Shown here piece after piece: positions 50,201 to 62,541 of a stretch of 64,000 nucleotides of DNA (the stretch's first letter is position 1; each line of letters begins with the position of its first letter). The notes under the pieces are model-generated. The model ran no database searches. It had not been told where the DNA came from and was given only the letters and a program-made list of their open reading frames with translations. The position numbers and the translations under genes were made by a program. Source of the stretch: Podarcis gaigeae (lineage: Eukaryota); assembly GCA_964106915.2 (NCBI GenBank), contig OZ066914.1; one strand, written 5' to 3'.

Positions 50201-53200
50201 CTTTCTTCAACAGCTTCACTTCTTCTTCTATAACTTCCTTTTGAAATCTAGAAGTTGTATAACTAAACCCTTTCTTGCTATCTTCCTTATACATCTCACG
50301 TGATTGTCTGTAATGTAACCAACTTTGAAATGTTCTTTAATTTCCTCATAGTCTTTTAATTTCCACTTTCCTTCTTGGTCCCTCAGTAAATCTCTGTATG
50401 TAGGCCACCTCCCCTTTTTGCCAAGCAGTTTGAGTAACAAAGCTTCAATTGGTGATAACCACCAGGGTGTTTTTTTGTTCAATTAAGTCTTTACAGTACA
50501 ACTACATTTTCTAAATTGGACACAATGAGCCCAAGACTGCACCCAGATATGCTCAACTCTTTTAGTCACGGCTTTTCAGGAAAGGACAAACGAGGGCTTT
50601 GAATCAGAGATGGTTCAGGAGATGCCTTTCGAATTCCTTGCTAATGGCTCAGTTCCACATTTGGCTGAAGGGACACATAAAGTCATTGGGACGTGTTATA
50701 CCAGTAGCTGCACCACCACCACATCATCATCTATGACACTGTGGTGGTGCAGTTGTTTGCCAGTGATGCATTGGTTTACAGCTGGTGTGTCTGTTTAAGT
50801 GAAATGCTTCTTTCCATTCATTTGCTGTTCACCATCCCATCATGAAATGTCTTTCACGTTCTTGTTCAAAGCTGAAATCTTTTTACCTGGTGTGGTGACG
50901 TCTATGAATCTCAGGCTACTCTAGTAAGCATTACAGAATGAATGAAACCTCTCTCGTTTGTTAACAGGTGCAATTGACAAAGTTTTTAATGCCCAGCCTG
51001 GTCTAGCTGGTAAACGTGACATACAGCTTGAAGGAAATACAAAAGCAGGTAATGAAATGACCCCCTTCTCATACTTACTGAGGAGTTTATATCCCAGTGA
51101 TATCTGAACAGCTGCCCACCAAACATTCTTGGCACATTTCTAGATTCTAAAGAGAGCCTTTATTCCAAACTTTTACAGGGGGGGTCTGGGCAGGATTTCA
51201 GGAGTCTAGAGGTTTCGGCAGGGCCAGTCAATCAACTGGTGTATGGATTGCATCACCCCTTTTTATTCTTAGTGCATTTGAAAATGAAATATTGCTTTTA
51301 AAAGATACTTTAAACTAGAGGAAAAGCTTCTTTCCACTGGAAACTGAGTGCCGCTGATTACAGAAGCTGGTTAACATAAGTAGACCTATAACCAACATTG
51401 TCTCATCAGCCTGAGAGAAAAAACAAACCCTTTATATCCTAATGTATATTATATTACTGCCAATATGTATCCCCTTCCCCACCTTAATTATTTTAAATGA
51501 ACAGCAAATTTAGTAATACCTAACTAATATTTTCTAGGTATTTTGGGAAGACCACTGACTGATGACAATGTTTTGCGTATGGTAATTGATTTTTTGACAT
51601 ACTTACACCTTAAAGGTTAGTAAACCTGTTTTCACTTCAAACCGTTTTGTAATATGAAAATTAACATAATCCTTACAGAGGATTGTAACCCATATTCCAT
51701 GAGCAGCATTCCACTCAAGCAACAGGATTCCCCCCTTTCCTTGTGTGCACCCCAGATCTGCTCCAAAGGCCCCACCCCACCCCAAGAATTTGCAGAAAAT
51801 ATTTGCAGAAAAACGTAAAGAAAATATTTAGGGGCAAAACCAAAGGGGAAAAAAGCTCCCAAAACTGACCAATGAGGAACTGGGTGTAAACAGAACACTA
51901 GGAGAGGGGGACGGAGTAACCTGGAAGAGACACACCTGGCTGGCTTTTGGACGTTCAGGCAGTCATTACGGCCGGGAATGCCTTTGCTTAAGTTTGGTTG
52001 GTGTACCAAATGCATCCTTTCCTGGAAAAGGCAGATCTGGCTACTGCTGGTTATTACCCACATGGCTTTGCATGGACATTTGAAACTGTCCACTCACTTC
52101 TTCTTCCATGTGCTGCCACTGGCAGAGGTGAGAACATGAGTAGAGCCCTGCATGATCAGGCCAAAGGCTCATCCTCTTCCCAGATGCCTATGGGAAGCCT
52201 GCTAGCAGGACCTGAGTCTCCCTCTTCTGATTCAGAGCAATTCGTATTCAGAGGTGTGCTGCTTCTGACAGTGGAGGTAGGACATAGCCAATAGCCCACT
52301 GACAGCTTTATCCTCCATGAATTGTCTATTCCTCTTTAAAGCCATCCAAGTTTCTCTCACTTCACCTGGTGAGAGAAAATTTTGCAGCTCAACTATGCAC
52401 TGTGTGAAGAGGTACAGTGGTACCTCAGTTCTCAAATGTAATCCATTCCGGAAGACCGTTCGAGTTCCGAAACATTTGGAAACCAAGGCACAAAGGGCTG
52501 TCTGCAGATTCAGTTGAGAAAACTGAAAAACACGCAGTGGAAGCCGTTTGACCTCCGAGGCGCATTAGGAAACGGAAGCATCCACTCCGTGTTTTTGACG
52601 TGCAGGTTCTGAAACTTTCATCAACGGAGACGTTCAAGAACTGAGGTACCACTGTAGTTTCTTCTGTCTATCCTACCTCTTCCAACTTTCAGCTTCATTA
52701 CATGGCCCTGAGTTCTAGTATTATGAGGGAGAAAAACTTCTCCCTGCCTTATTTCTCCACATCATGCCTAATCTTATACATCTCGGTCATGTGCCCCCTT
52801 TCTAGCTGTTTCTCTAAACCAGAAAAGGCCCAAATGTTGTAACCTTTCCTCATGGGGGCGTTGCTCCATCCCATGGATCTTCCTGGTTTGGTTGGACGTG
52901 GAACAAGGCCTTCTTTTTGGAGCGTTCTAACTCTGGAACAAATAAAGCTGTTGTTTCTTACACACACTTTCTCAATGCTGAATGGCTTCTTAATTATTAC
53001 AGGAAAATTGCAGGTGAAATAAATGGGGTTTTGCATCTTTCCAGAATTTCTTTCAGCTTTTAGGCAGTGTGATTTTTTCCCCCTACAAAGGGAGCCATAT
53101 AGGTAGAAAATTATTCGTACAAGGAGAGAATAATAACAGCAAGATGAAAGGCAGGCACTGTAATTGCAAATCGGATGGTAGTGCTTCTGTCAATGAAGGG

Positions 53201-53794
53201 ACCTTTGAGTCAAAGCCACACAATGCTTTCTCGATAAGGGAAGAAAAGCACATTCATTGACAGGTGAAAATGTTCAAGGATGACCAGCCTCATGCAACAG
53301 TGCAAGAAGAGAAGCATATTTAGAATTTGCCACGTATTTAAGCAAGGGAAGCTGTGGTCCTCCAGGTGTTGTTAGACTACAACTCCGCTCAGTTCCAGCC
53401 ACCTAGGTCAATATGATGGAAGCAACACTTTGAAAACCAAAGGTTAGCTGCCTCTATGTTAGAACATAGGTTTCCCATCACTGATTTGAACCCCAACACA
53501 TGCCTATATCAAAATTACATCCATACATAATTACAAACAGTAGAATGAAACCATAAGAAAGGAATGGCGTATTGTTTTTATTTCTTTTCGGAGACGTTAA
53601 GTGAGTTCAAGTGCCTTGCCTTGTATCATAATTGCTTTGGAAGTGAACTGTAGTTTTATAGATTTGTCTCCAAGCACTTACTGTTTCCTGTCTTTCACAA
53701 GCATACACTTTTAATTTTTATTTATTTTTCAGAAGCTGGGGTTCTTGATGACATACCTGCAACACTTTCTTCAGAAGAAACAAATCAGTCTTGA
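44195..53794 (+). CDS. GAL: Preprogalanin (galanin + GMAP), 118 aa; 140 aa with cassette exon
   Basis: Exons 44195-44275, 45340-45394, [49098-49163], 50968-51048, 51538-51615, 53733-53794 join in frame: MQRCTCLLFASLIFCAAVSETFGLVLS AKEKR GWTVNSAGYLLGPSAIDKVFNAQPGLA GKR DIQLEGNTKAGILGRPLTDDNVLRMVIDFLTYLHLKEAGVLDDIPATLSSEETNQS*. Confidence 0.95.
45340..45394 (+). CDS. GAL: GAL exon 3, AKEKR-GWTVNSAGYLLGP
   Basis: Galanin N-terminal signature after the KR site; 55 nt; A|gtaagt donor. Confidence 0.96.
46452..46634 (-). mobile_element. Short poly(A)-tailed retroposon 3' end (probably L1)
   Basis: 16-bp TSD GTTTGTAGTGATTTTT (46436-46451 and 46635-46650), with AATAAA and an A-run on the minus strand. 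Confidence 0.65.
46660..48450 (-). mobile_element. Ty1/Copia LTR retrotransposon pol remnant (pre-integrase, integrase, RT start)
   Basis: LWHGHLGHANF, QLQSDRGGEF, KTFGCWAWVHIP, CRWVYKIK...YKARLVARGFTQ; integrase-before-RT order is diagnostic of Copia; frameshifted. Confidence 0.9.
49098..49163 (+). CDS. GAL: GAL alternative cassette exon ((S)RVAQILKKMSRAKGTEEPPGE(R))
   Basis: ctgtttcag acceptor, C|gtaaga donor, 66 nt, phase 1/1, no stop. Confidence 0.75.
49280..50492 (-). mobile_element. 5'-truncated L1-clade LINE in a GAL intron
   Basis: ORF2 C-terminus with CCHC knuckle (CWKCKEKGTFYHMWWEC), A-rich tail, 20-bp TSD ACAGTACAACTACATTTTCT (49260-49279 and 50493-50512). Confidence 0.88.
50968..51048 (+). 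CDS. GAL: GAL exon 4, SAIDKVFNAQPGLA-GKR-DIQLEGNTKA
   Basis: Amidation/cleavage site GKR; 81 nt; AG/GT. Confidence 0.92.
51538..51615 (+). CDS. GAL: GAL exon 5, GMAP core GILGRPLTDDNVLRMVIDFLTYLHLK
   Basis: GMAP signature .N..R..I.FL.YLHLKE; 78 nt. Confidence 0.95.
52120..52880 (-). mobile_element. Degenerate CR1 LINE 3' fragment, interrupted by a MITE
   Basis: GLEKQLERGHMTEMYKIRHDVEK and ALKRNRQFMEDK resemble the CR1 ORF2 end. Confidence 0.65.
52415..52654. mobile_element. Tc1/mariner MITE inside CR1
   Basis: TIR CAGTGGTACCTCAGTTCT, TA TSD. Confidence 0.82.
53733..53794 (+). CDS. GAL: GAL exon 6 coding part, EAGVLDDIPATLSSEETNQS-stop
   Basis: ttatttttcag acceptor; TGA at 53792-53794. Confidence 0.93.
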
Positions 53795-53984
53795 AAGAGA
53801 ACGTATTTATACTCTGTGTTATAAATTCCCAACATCTAATCAGAACTTTGAACAAAATATGGCATTGTAGTCACCTTGTATGTTCTTCCTCATTGTCAAC
53901 TTCTTTTTGTCTTTTCTTTCTTTGGTGATGTTACATTGTAAAAACAAAAATCATTGATAAAAAATTACTTTCGATAAATGACAT

Positions 53985-53990
53985 AATAAA
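53985..53990 (+). terminator. GAL polyadenylation signal AATAAA
   Basis: About 190 nt after the stop, followed by a GT/T-rich stretch. Confidence 0.65.
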
Positions 53991-56003
53991 AAAATAGCAG
54001 CTGTTGCTTGTTTCACTTGTTCTAGAATACTTTGACGCTTCTGCATAAGGTTATAATCAAGGGGGCTTCAGTCCTGGTTAGAGATCTCTTTCCTTTCAAA
54101 GGCTGATGGTGGCGTTAGGCGAACTCACTCAGTGTGACCCAAAAGAAATCTCTTTTATTGTAAAGTGGGGGGATGTACACAGCAAAAGCAGCAAAAACCA
54201 TTATTTCAAACAATGCAAGTCCTCTCTAGATCTCTTCCCAAGACCCTCATAAAGTAGTCCAGTGGATGGAAATTGTTCCCACTCATAAAGCCATCATTCA
54301 TAACAACAGATAGATGCCTACAAGCTGCTCTGTTGTAACTCCTGTGCATCCTTTGCAAAGGTACAAGAAGATACTGCACCAAGGGTTAAGTTACATGTTG
54401 TGCTCAAGGTTTTTTTCCAGCTGGAACTCACTGGAACTCAGTTTCAGCACCATTCAAGTGGGCGCCATTGCCATTCTAAGAGAACAAGGGTTCATGGTGA
54501 GTTCCATCACCTTTTTTCTATAAAAATAGAACTGATTGTGCTTAATGTGTTGTGTGCAGCAACATCTATTTTTATGGTTAATTTAATTACAGCAGGTTTC
54601 TTCCTCCTTCCGTTAGCTAAGGCTGATAATTGGCAACGTGGCTTAATATAACACTGCACGGGGGCAGCAGGTGTGTTAGTCTGTTGTAGCAGCAACAACA
54701 GCAGCAGCAAGGGAAAAAACACCTTCATGAGTTTTCATTTAGTAGCTCACCGCTCATTGGGTGCGTGAACTGTTATTTTCCATTGCTGTATGTATCTACC
54801 ACGCACCTATACCAGCACACCGCCCCCACACTCACACGTCATTTGTAAATAGTGAGTCCCCCAAACCATGAAATACAAGGGGTAGAAAGTCTGTCACATA
54901 TCAGTGCATAGCCCAAAGTCATATGAACAGAGGGACCTCTCCATAATAGAAAGCAGTGGGGAGGGGACACATTTAAAACCTTGCAGGAGTGGGAGAATTC
55001 CAGTGGTGGGGGTGGGGAGTTGTGGAAAACTGAAACAGCTGGGGGGGAAAGGATCAAGTACTTCCACTTCACTCATCTCAATTAGACACACTGAAGTGGC
55101 TTTTGAAAAGGGCTGTTGGGATAATGCAGTGGTGGGGAAGGCCACAAGTTCCCCCTCCCTGAGCTACAGTTATGAGCATTAACACAGAGTTGAAGCCTAA
55201 AGATAGCAATTTGAGTCATTTTCACTGTATATTGTGTGAGCTTTCCCTGATTCTGAGGCAAAGATGCACTTTAGAATCCTAGGCTGTTATCCTATGGACA
55301 GAATCCCAATAAATAAACAGGACTTCTTCCGGTCATAAGTAAACACGTGCTAGTTTGTGCTGTTAGGCAAGCATACAGAAGTTTTGGTGTACAGCCATTC
55401 ACTCTATTCTTGGACCCTGCTGTTGGCTTTGCAAACGTCGAATGAACACGGGTTTTCCTCACTTGTCATAAAATTCACACACGAGTTAAGCTCCTTCACA
55501 TATGCAAGCTGCTCGAATTTTCCCCGAAGATAGAACAAATTCAACAAGTTCTTTGGCAATTATTGAGTGGTCATTGGATTCACGTGGAGCTCAGCCACAG
55601 TGGGAAGCTCAAATCCAAATCCAAATGCATTTGTAAATATGACTATGATTGTAGTCTGAGGGGTCCCCACATGGTGTGATTCAGAAGTTTTTAGACTACA
55701 CTTCCCACCATCCTTGACCATTGCCCATGCTGGTTGGGGCTGATGGGAACCAGAGTCTAACAACACCTGGAGGGGACTGCATTGTCTACCCCGGTGGCAG
55801 ATGATGTGCTTCACTGAACTGGAGGACAATATAGCTCTGCGGTTAGAAGAGTTAGGGGCTGGCATGAGATACAACCAACTTCATCTGTAGGAGTATGCAT
55901 CAAAGAGACAGGTGGGAAATAAATAGATTTTATTCCAGCCCCTTCAGGCTAGGAATTGAACTGGGAGTGCAATATGCTTCCACACCACCACCTCCTTAGC
56001 AAT

Positions 56004-56564
56004 GCTGTTGTTGTTTAGTCCTTTAGTCGTGTCTGACTCTTTGTGACCCCATGGACCAGAGCACCCCAGGCACTCCTGTCTTCCACTGCCTCCTGCAGTT
56101 TGGTCAAACTCACGTTGGTAGCTTCGAGAACATTATCCAACCATCTCGTCCTCTGTCATCCCCTTCTCCTTCTGCCCTCCATCTTTCCCAACATCAGGGT
56201 CTTTTCCAGGGAGTCTTCTCTTTTCATGAGGTGGCCAAAGTATTGGAGTCTCAGCTTCACGATCTGTCCTTCCAGTGAGCATTTAAGAATGGATAGGTTT
56301 GATCTTCTTGCAGTCCATGGGACTCTCAAGAGTCTCCTCCAGCACCATAATTCAAAAGCATCAATTCTTCGGCGATCAGCCTTCTTTATGGTCCGGCTCT
56401 CACTTCCATACATCACTACTGGGAAAACCATAGCTTTAACTATACAGACCTTTGTTGGCAAGCTGATTCTCTGCTTTTTAAGATGCTGTCTAGGTTTGCC
56501 ATTGCTTTTCTCCCAAGAAGCAGGCGTCTTTTAATTTTGTGATTGCTGTCACCATCAGCAGTGA
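56004..56564 (-). mobile_element. BovB/RTE LINE 3' fragment
   Basis: KAMVFPVVMYG...RRIDAFELWCWRRLLRVPWTARRSN; 11-bp TSD TCCTTAGCAAT (55993-56003 and 56565-56575). Confidence 0.92.
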
Positions 56565-57219
56565 TCCTTAGCAATAGTAAGGGCCTAAAATGTGACAAGA
56601 CACCTTAAGAACCTTTCTGAAAAACATCCTAGTGATATTATGGCTTATCATTTCAGGAGGGAACGGGGGACTTCCTTTCCCTAGTTAACAAGTCAATGGA
56701 TTCCCTAAGGATCCAAGTCAATGGGACGAGCTAGAAAAAGATAAGTGATTAAGGTATTTTAGGATGCTCCACACAGGATCATGCGGAAAAGGCAAGTTTG
56801 CAACGGAATGATTGAAATCCCCCACTGAAAGACAACCTGTATCTGTGGGTTCCCTTTCCAAGCCCCTTCTTTGTAAGCAGTGGAGGATGGTCCATTTGGG
56901 TGAATAGGGCACTGCCCCACTGACATCAGTTTGCCCTCAGGCAGCTCCCACCTGCCTGCCTTCTTACTTGCAACCAGCCCAGGGAGTGGCCTGGGCTGCC
57001 AGCTTCCTCCTCCCTTGCAGGACTCAGAAGTGAGAAGAAAATGGGGGCAAAGCTAGAATTAGTTGGCCCTGTCTGTCTCTGGCTCCACCCATTATTGGCT
57101 TTGGCTCCATATACCACTGCCCCCCCCCGCCTTCCTTCTTACCAGTCCCAAAAGGCATCAGCCACCACCGTTGATGAGGTGGATGAAAGTCATTGAACAC
57201 CTTCCCTTTAGGAAGGATG

Positions 57220-57221
<2 letters not shown>

Positions 57222-57258
<37 letters not shown>
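57222..57258. repeat. (AG)n microsatellite
   Basis: Direct observation. Confidence 0.95.
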
Positions 57259-57262
<4 letters not shown>

Positions 57263-58183
57263 GATATTTAACAGAGGACAGGAGGCTGTGCCAGTAAAGG
57301 CACAAATCAATAAATTCAACCAGGGAACCACAGCATAAAAGGAAAGAGCATATCCCATAAAATGGGTTTAGGAAAACATGTGCAGTGACACGGAAACCAC
57401 CCCCAGCCAGGTCTGTTTCCACTGGACTTAGAGGAAGCAACTGCGGGGGAAAGAAGCAGACAAAATAAACAACAATAGCATTAACTTGGACTCCTGCAAG
57501 TTTAGTTTAGCTTAACTGCATGACACTTTCCCACGGATGCTTTCTCACTTAGTGGCAGCAGAGGGTAGTCTTGTACTAGAAATGTTTTCAAAGTTGCACT
57601 CATAGTTACAATGCTGGGGCAGAAGGGATGGAAGTACAGTAAAGGGATAACCAGGCTCCTGGAGGAACAGGCATCACCATGCCAGGATTGTGCGCATCTA
57701 GATGACTGCTCTAACCATGCAAATATGGTTGGGAGCAGAATGGTAAACAGCGACTGGATAAAAGCAAGAGGAAAGTGGCCTGCTGGACTCAGAAGGCCTT
57801 TAGTCTGATCCATCAGTGTTCTACTGTCCTTACTTTTATTTACTTTTATTTGATTTTATAGGTTTTATACCCCATCCCTCATGACTGGCGATCGGGGTGA
57901 GTCAGAGCAATTTAAAATACAATGATCAGTCAGCACAGAAAACAAAATACAATTTAAAAATAACAATCGCTAACCCCTCTGTTAAATATTGCAGTCAGTA
58001 TGGCCATATGACTACAATCTTGGTCAATGGCGGCACTGGCAGAAGAGCCTCCCCACAGCCAACCTCAAGGTCTGGCTGAGACTGTACAGCATTTAATAGC
58101 TTGTCCATTACTATAGAGTTTGTCACATTACTCTGTTGAATGAGTTATTATTTACTACTATCATTTATGGTTTGTGTGCAATA

Positions 58184-58408
58184 CAGTGGTACCTTGGGTC
58201 AAGAACTTAATTCGTTCTGGAGGTCCATTCTTAACCTGAAACTGTTCTTAACCTGAAGACCACTTTAGCTAATGGGGCCTCCTGCTGCTGCCGTGCTGCC
58301 GCCACACGATTTCTGTTCTCATCCTGAAGCAAAGTTCTTAACCCGAGGTACTATTTCTGGGTTAGCGGAGTCTGTAACCTGAAGCGTCTGTAACCTGAGG
58401 TACCACTG
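58184..58408. mobile_element. Tc1/mariner MITE, CAGTGGTACC family
   Basis: TA|CAGTGGTACC...GGTACCACTG|TA. Confidence 0.88.
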
Positions 58409-61034
58409 TACAGTGCAAATGGAGGGTTCCACTTGCGCCAAGGGACGTGCCCTTCTTCACCTCTCCTGCAAGCACCCAAAATCTGCTCAACAGGGTCCCT
58501 CAATCCTCTAGAGATTTTGAGGTTGCATGGTGGGCTGCAGCAGAGAGGAAAAAAGAGGAAAGTTCTGCTGCACAAGAAGAATTCTTCTGCATGTGTGTGA
58601 TGGCAGCACTGGATCCAACTCTGTGAATTTGTATTCTGTCTTACACAGAATTGACACAGTACAAACTTAAAACCAAAAGTTCAAGCTGAAAACTTAAAAG
58701 TTCAAGCTGAAAACCAGACAAAATCCAACCTGAGAACAAAGCAAGCAGCAAAACCAACAGCAGTTATTATGGGTGACATGTTGGTTTTGAATGGAGAATT
58801 CAAGGTTTTAAAGACGTAACTACATTTATAATGTTGGGAGCTGCCTAGAGTGGCTGGGGCAACCCAGCCAGGTGGGTGGCATACAAATAATAAAATTATG
58901 ATGTTGATAATTTTATATTACATTTTAAATGGATAATATATATGCATTTCTACTTTTATTTATTTATTATTTATTACATTTATACCCCACCTTTTTTCTA
59001 CAAGGAACACAAGGAGGCATACATTGTTCCCTCCCTCCTCATTAATCCCCCTCAACAAGCCTGCAAGGTAGGTAAGGCTGAGAGTGAGTGACTGGTCTAA
59101 GGTCACCCAGTGAACTTCGTGGCTGAGTGGGAATTTGAAACTAGCCTCCCACGTCCTGGTCCACTACTCTAGCAGTGCCATCACACTGGCTCTGAGGGAG
59201 AGTAGTTGGATTCCTAACACACAGCTGAGTCTTAACAAACATACTCCTGTGTACCTCTGAGAAGGTACCTTCTCTTTGTTTCTTCATTCACTGGCCAGGC
59301 CACATGTCACCTTCAAGATGAGGGTAACATCTTCAGAAGGGCACATGATCTGATCACACCAAAGCAGCTTTGAAGATAATGCTCCAAGAAGCAGTGGTAG
59401 TTATCCTGATGCCAATTTGAATGTACATCAATCCAATGAGAAACAATACTCTGCAGTTCTGGTGTATCCACCTCTGATGAAAAGTCATTAAACAGATGAA
59501 TGATAACATTGTCCCACAGGCCTATTAAAGGAAAGGGCACATCGCAACTGTCAGCTTCAGAAGAAGGGAAGGGGATTTGGAGCATCTGGTGAACTTGGCT
59601 TTTAATTTTTCAAAGAAAGTAATAATACGGTATGCACGTAATTCAGTTTTCAATTTTAATAGACGGATAGGAAGGGGGGGACTTGCATCTTCCTTTTGTT
59701 GTCTGTTTGTTAGAGATAACAAAGCACTTATGCACAAATGTACTCCCAGACATATCAGAAAATGTATTACAAGATACTAGGAGCTAGGATTAATGCATTA
59801 CAAAATAAATTACAGCATATTGACAGGGAGAGTAATTCTTCTTTATCCCATTTCCTAAGAGCAAGGAGAAATGGAATTAAAATGGAACAAACTGGAAGTA
59901 GAAGAATATACTACACGGAGGAGTTGCAATCAGTTCCTTCGAAATCCAGTGCTTAAGAAAAATTGAATGGCAAGCCTCAAGTCTCAGGTTGTATTGCCTG
60001 CATTTTTTAATGGGAATGGACAAATAAGTTGGGTGGGTATATACATGCCTAAAAATATGAGTGCTTGTTCTCTGGAAATGCACTCGCTTTATGGAGATCA
60101 AACACAGCTACTATTCCTCTCCAAGGCAGAGCTCAAGGAAGCCTGCTTCTGCAGTCAGGAAATAGAACTGGCTGTGCCTGGTGCTGATTGGCTGAGGTAG
60201 GAAGCTGCCTTCTACTGTGTCAGACCCCTGGTCCACCTTGCTCAGTACCATTGACTGGCTGTGGTTCTCCAGGGTCTCAGTCAGCAGCCTTTGCTAGCTC
60301 TAACTGGAGATGTTGGGGACTTAACCAAGGGCCATTTGCACGCAGAGCCCTGCCACTGTGCACTAGCCCTTTTCCTTCTTTTCTATACCCCGTACAAAAC
60401 ATTTTTGTGACTGGAGACAAACCGATTAAAATAAGAATACAGCAACACAAGTGGTACAGCAATAAAACCGCTAGCACATTTGCAAAGCTAAGCAGGGTCC
60501 AGTATGGTTTCAAACTGGATGGGGGAACTGCATGTTGAGATTCAGGAAGGTTGAATTAGAAGACCCTTGGGGTCCCAACTCTATGATTTTATGATTCTAA
60601 GGCACTAAATGAACGTGTAATTGCATAAAGGTTTACACAGCCCTTCAAGCCATTTTTTTAAAAGGCAGGTAGCCCACCTGAAGCACACAGGAAAGGCCAG
60701 CACTGATGACTATGAAGCGGAGGCAAAGATGTCTGTTGAAGGCAGGGAAAAGCTAAGCTCATCCTGTTGGGGGGAAAAGCAAAGAGGCTGCACTGAATCC
60801 TGCCTGTAGGTGCAGCTCATTTAAGAAAGGGGGAGAGATATGATGCAAAGGCAAACTTGCCCAACTCTCAGTATCTGAAACATTATGCAAACTGAAACAC
60901 AACCCTCTTTTGAAATTTGCACTTCTCCAAATCTTGCAATGCTGTTCTCTAGCTTGACAAGGTGCAGAAATGCACATACTAAGGAAAAGTGTGTATAAAA
61001 ATGCATATATTAGGTCTGCCTATTAGATAGTGTC

Positions 61035-61606
61035 TCCATGATCACAGCAGATGGTGACAGCAGCCACGAAATTAAAAGACGCCTGCTTCTTGAGAGAAAA
61101 GCAATGACAAACCTAGACAGCATCTTAAAAAGCAGAGACATCACCTTACCAACAAAGGTCCATATAGTTAAAGCTATGGTTTTCCCAGTAGTGATGTATG
61201 GAGTGAGAGCTGGACCATAAAGAAGGCTTTTCGCCAAAGAATTGATGCTTTTGAATTATGGTGCGGGAGGAGACTCTTGAGAGTCCCATGGACTGCAAGA
61301 AGATCAAACCTCTCCATTCTGAAGGAAATCAGCCCCGAGTGCTCACAGGAAGGACAGATCGTGAAGCTGAGGCTCCAGTACTTTGGCCACCTCATGAGAA
61401 GAGAAGACTCCCTGGAAAAGACCCTGATGTTGGGAAAGATGGAGGGCACAAGGAGAAGGGGACAACAGAGGATGAGATGGTTGGATAGTGTTCTCGAAGC
61501 TACCAGCATGAGTTTGACCAAACTGCGGGAGGCAGTGGAAGACAGGAGTGCCTGGCGTGCTCTGGTCCATGGGGTCACAAAGAGTCGGACACGACTAAAC
61601 AACTAA
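61035..61606 (+). mobile_element. BovB/RTE LINE 3' fragment
   Basis: ITADGDSSHEIKRRLLL...LVHGVTKSRTRLNN, frameshifted. Confidence 0.92.
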
Positions 61607-62343
61607 AGTAGTGATGTTATGCCAGATCAAAAAAAGGAAAGTCTGTTGAAGGAAATAACTTGCATTTATCTAGATTTACCACAGTGTTTCCACTTATCAT
61701 TGCAGGATAATTTGACAGTCACTGAGGACTAAAGTACCACACTTTAGAAATGAGACTGCGCTGAAAATGCTGGAGACATTTGCAAATAGTCTTTTAAAAG
61801 AGTCAGGCTGTCTTGCAGGAAGCAAACTACTCTGGGTCAGCTAGATCTGTGCGAGCTAGCCCTACTTCAGATGTAAATACAAAGGGCATATTTTAGATGC
61901 TGTAGTTTATAAAGTACTTTACAAATGGGTATACAGGGGGAAATGGCAAGATATATTTTCATCTTAAAAGAGTCACGAACGTGCAATGTCATATTTGGTG
62001 CTCCACTGTGGCTTGGTTGCTCCCACCTTGGTCCTTTAAACTATTACTGGGAGTTGGAGACTCCCTTAAATAGTGTTCAATGCAACAAGGGGCTATAGAT
62101 GGGCCGGGGGGCGGGGGACAACCATGGGTGCTTCCAGACCCTGATTTGCTTGTGGGGAGATTCAGCAACATTGGCTATTAAATGAGCACTCGTTCTGATT
62201 TGTTTGTAGGGAAGTTAAATGATGCATCAAGCAAGGGTTTCTCCACACTTTCCAGTGCATTTGCCTTGTTGAAACACACATCCTTGTTGAAATGAGCAGG
62301 GCCAAAGCTTGCACAACAAACTGCCTTATCTTCTTCTTGTATA

Positions 62344-62541
62344 CAGTCTTGGAAGTCGAACAGAATCCATACCAGAAGTCCATTTGACTTCCGAAACATT
62401 TGAAAACCAAAGTGCGGATTCTGACTAGCTGCAGGAAACTTCCCAAAACCGTTTGAAAACTGGAACACTTACTTTTGGGTTTTGACCGTTTGGAGCCGAT
62501 TTGTTTGGGAGCCATGGTGTTTGAGATCCAAGGCACAACTG
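62344..62541. mobile_element. Tc1/mariner MITE (degenerate)
   Basis: TA|CAGT...ACTG|TA with an internal sequence related to 23855-24094. Confidence 0.65.

Noticed and set aside
51632-52093. 153-aa minus-strand ORF in GAL intron 5
   Set aside because: Non-ATG start, no motifs or splice support; chance ORF
56043-56534. 163-aa ORF and similar 'MFSRVRLFVTPWTR' ORFs
   Set aside because: Antisense frames of BovB fragments
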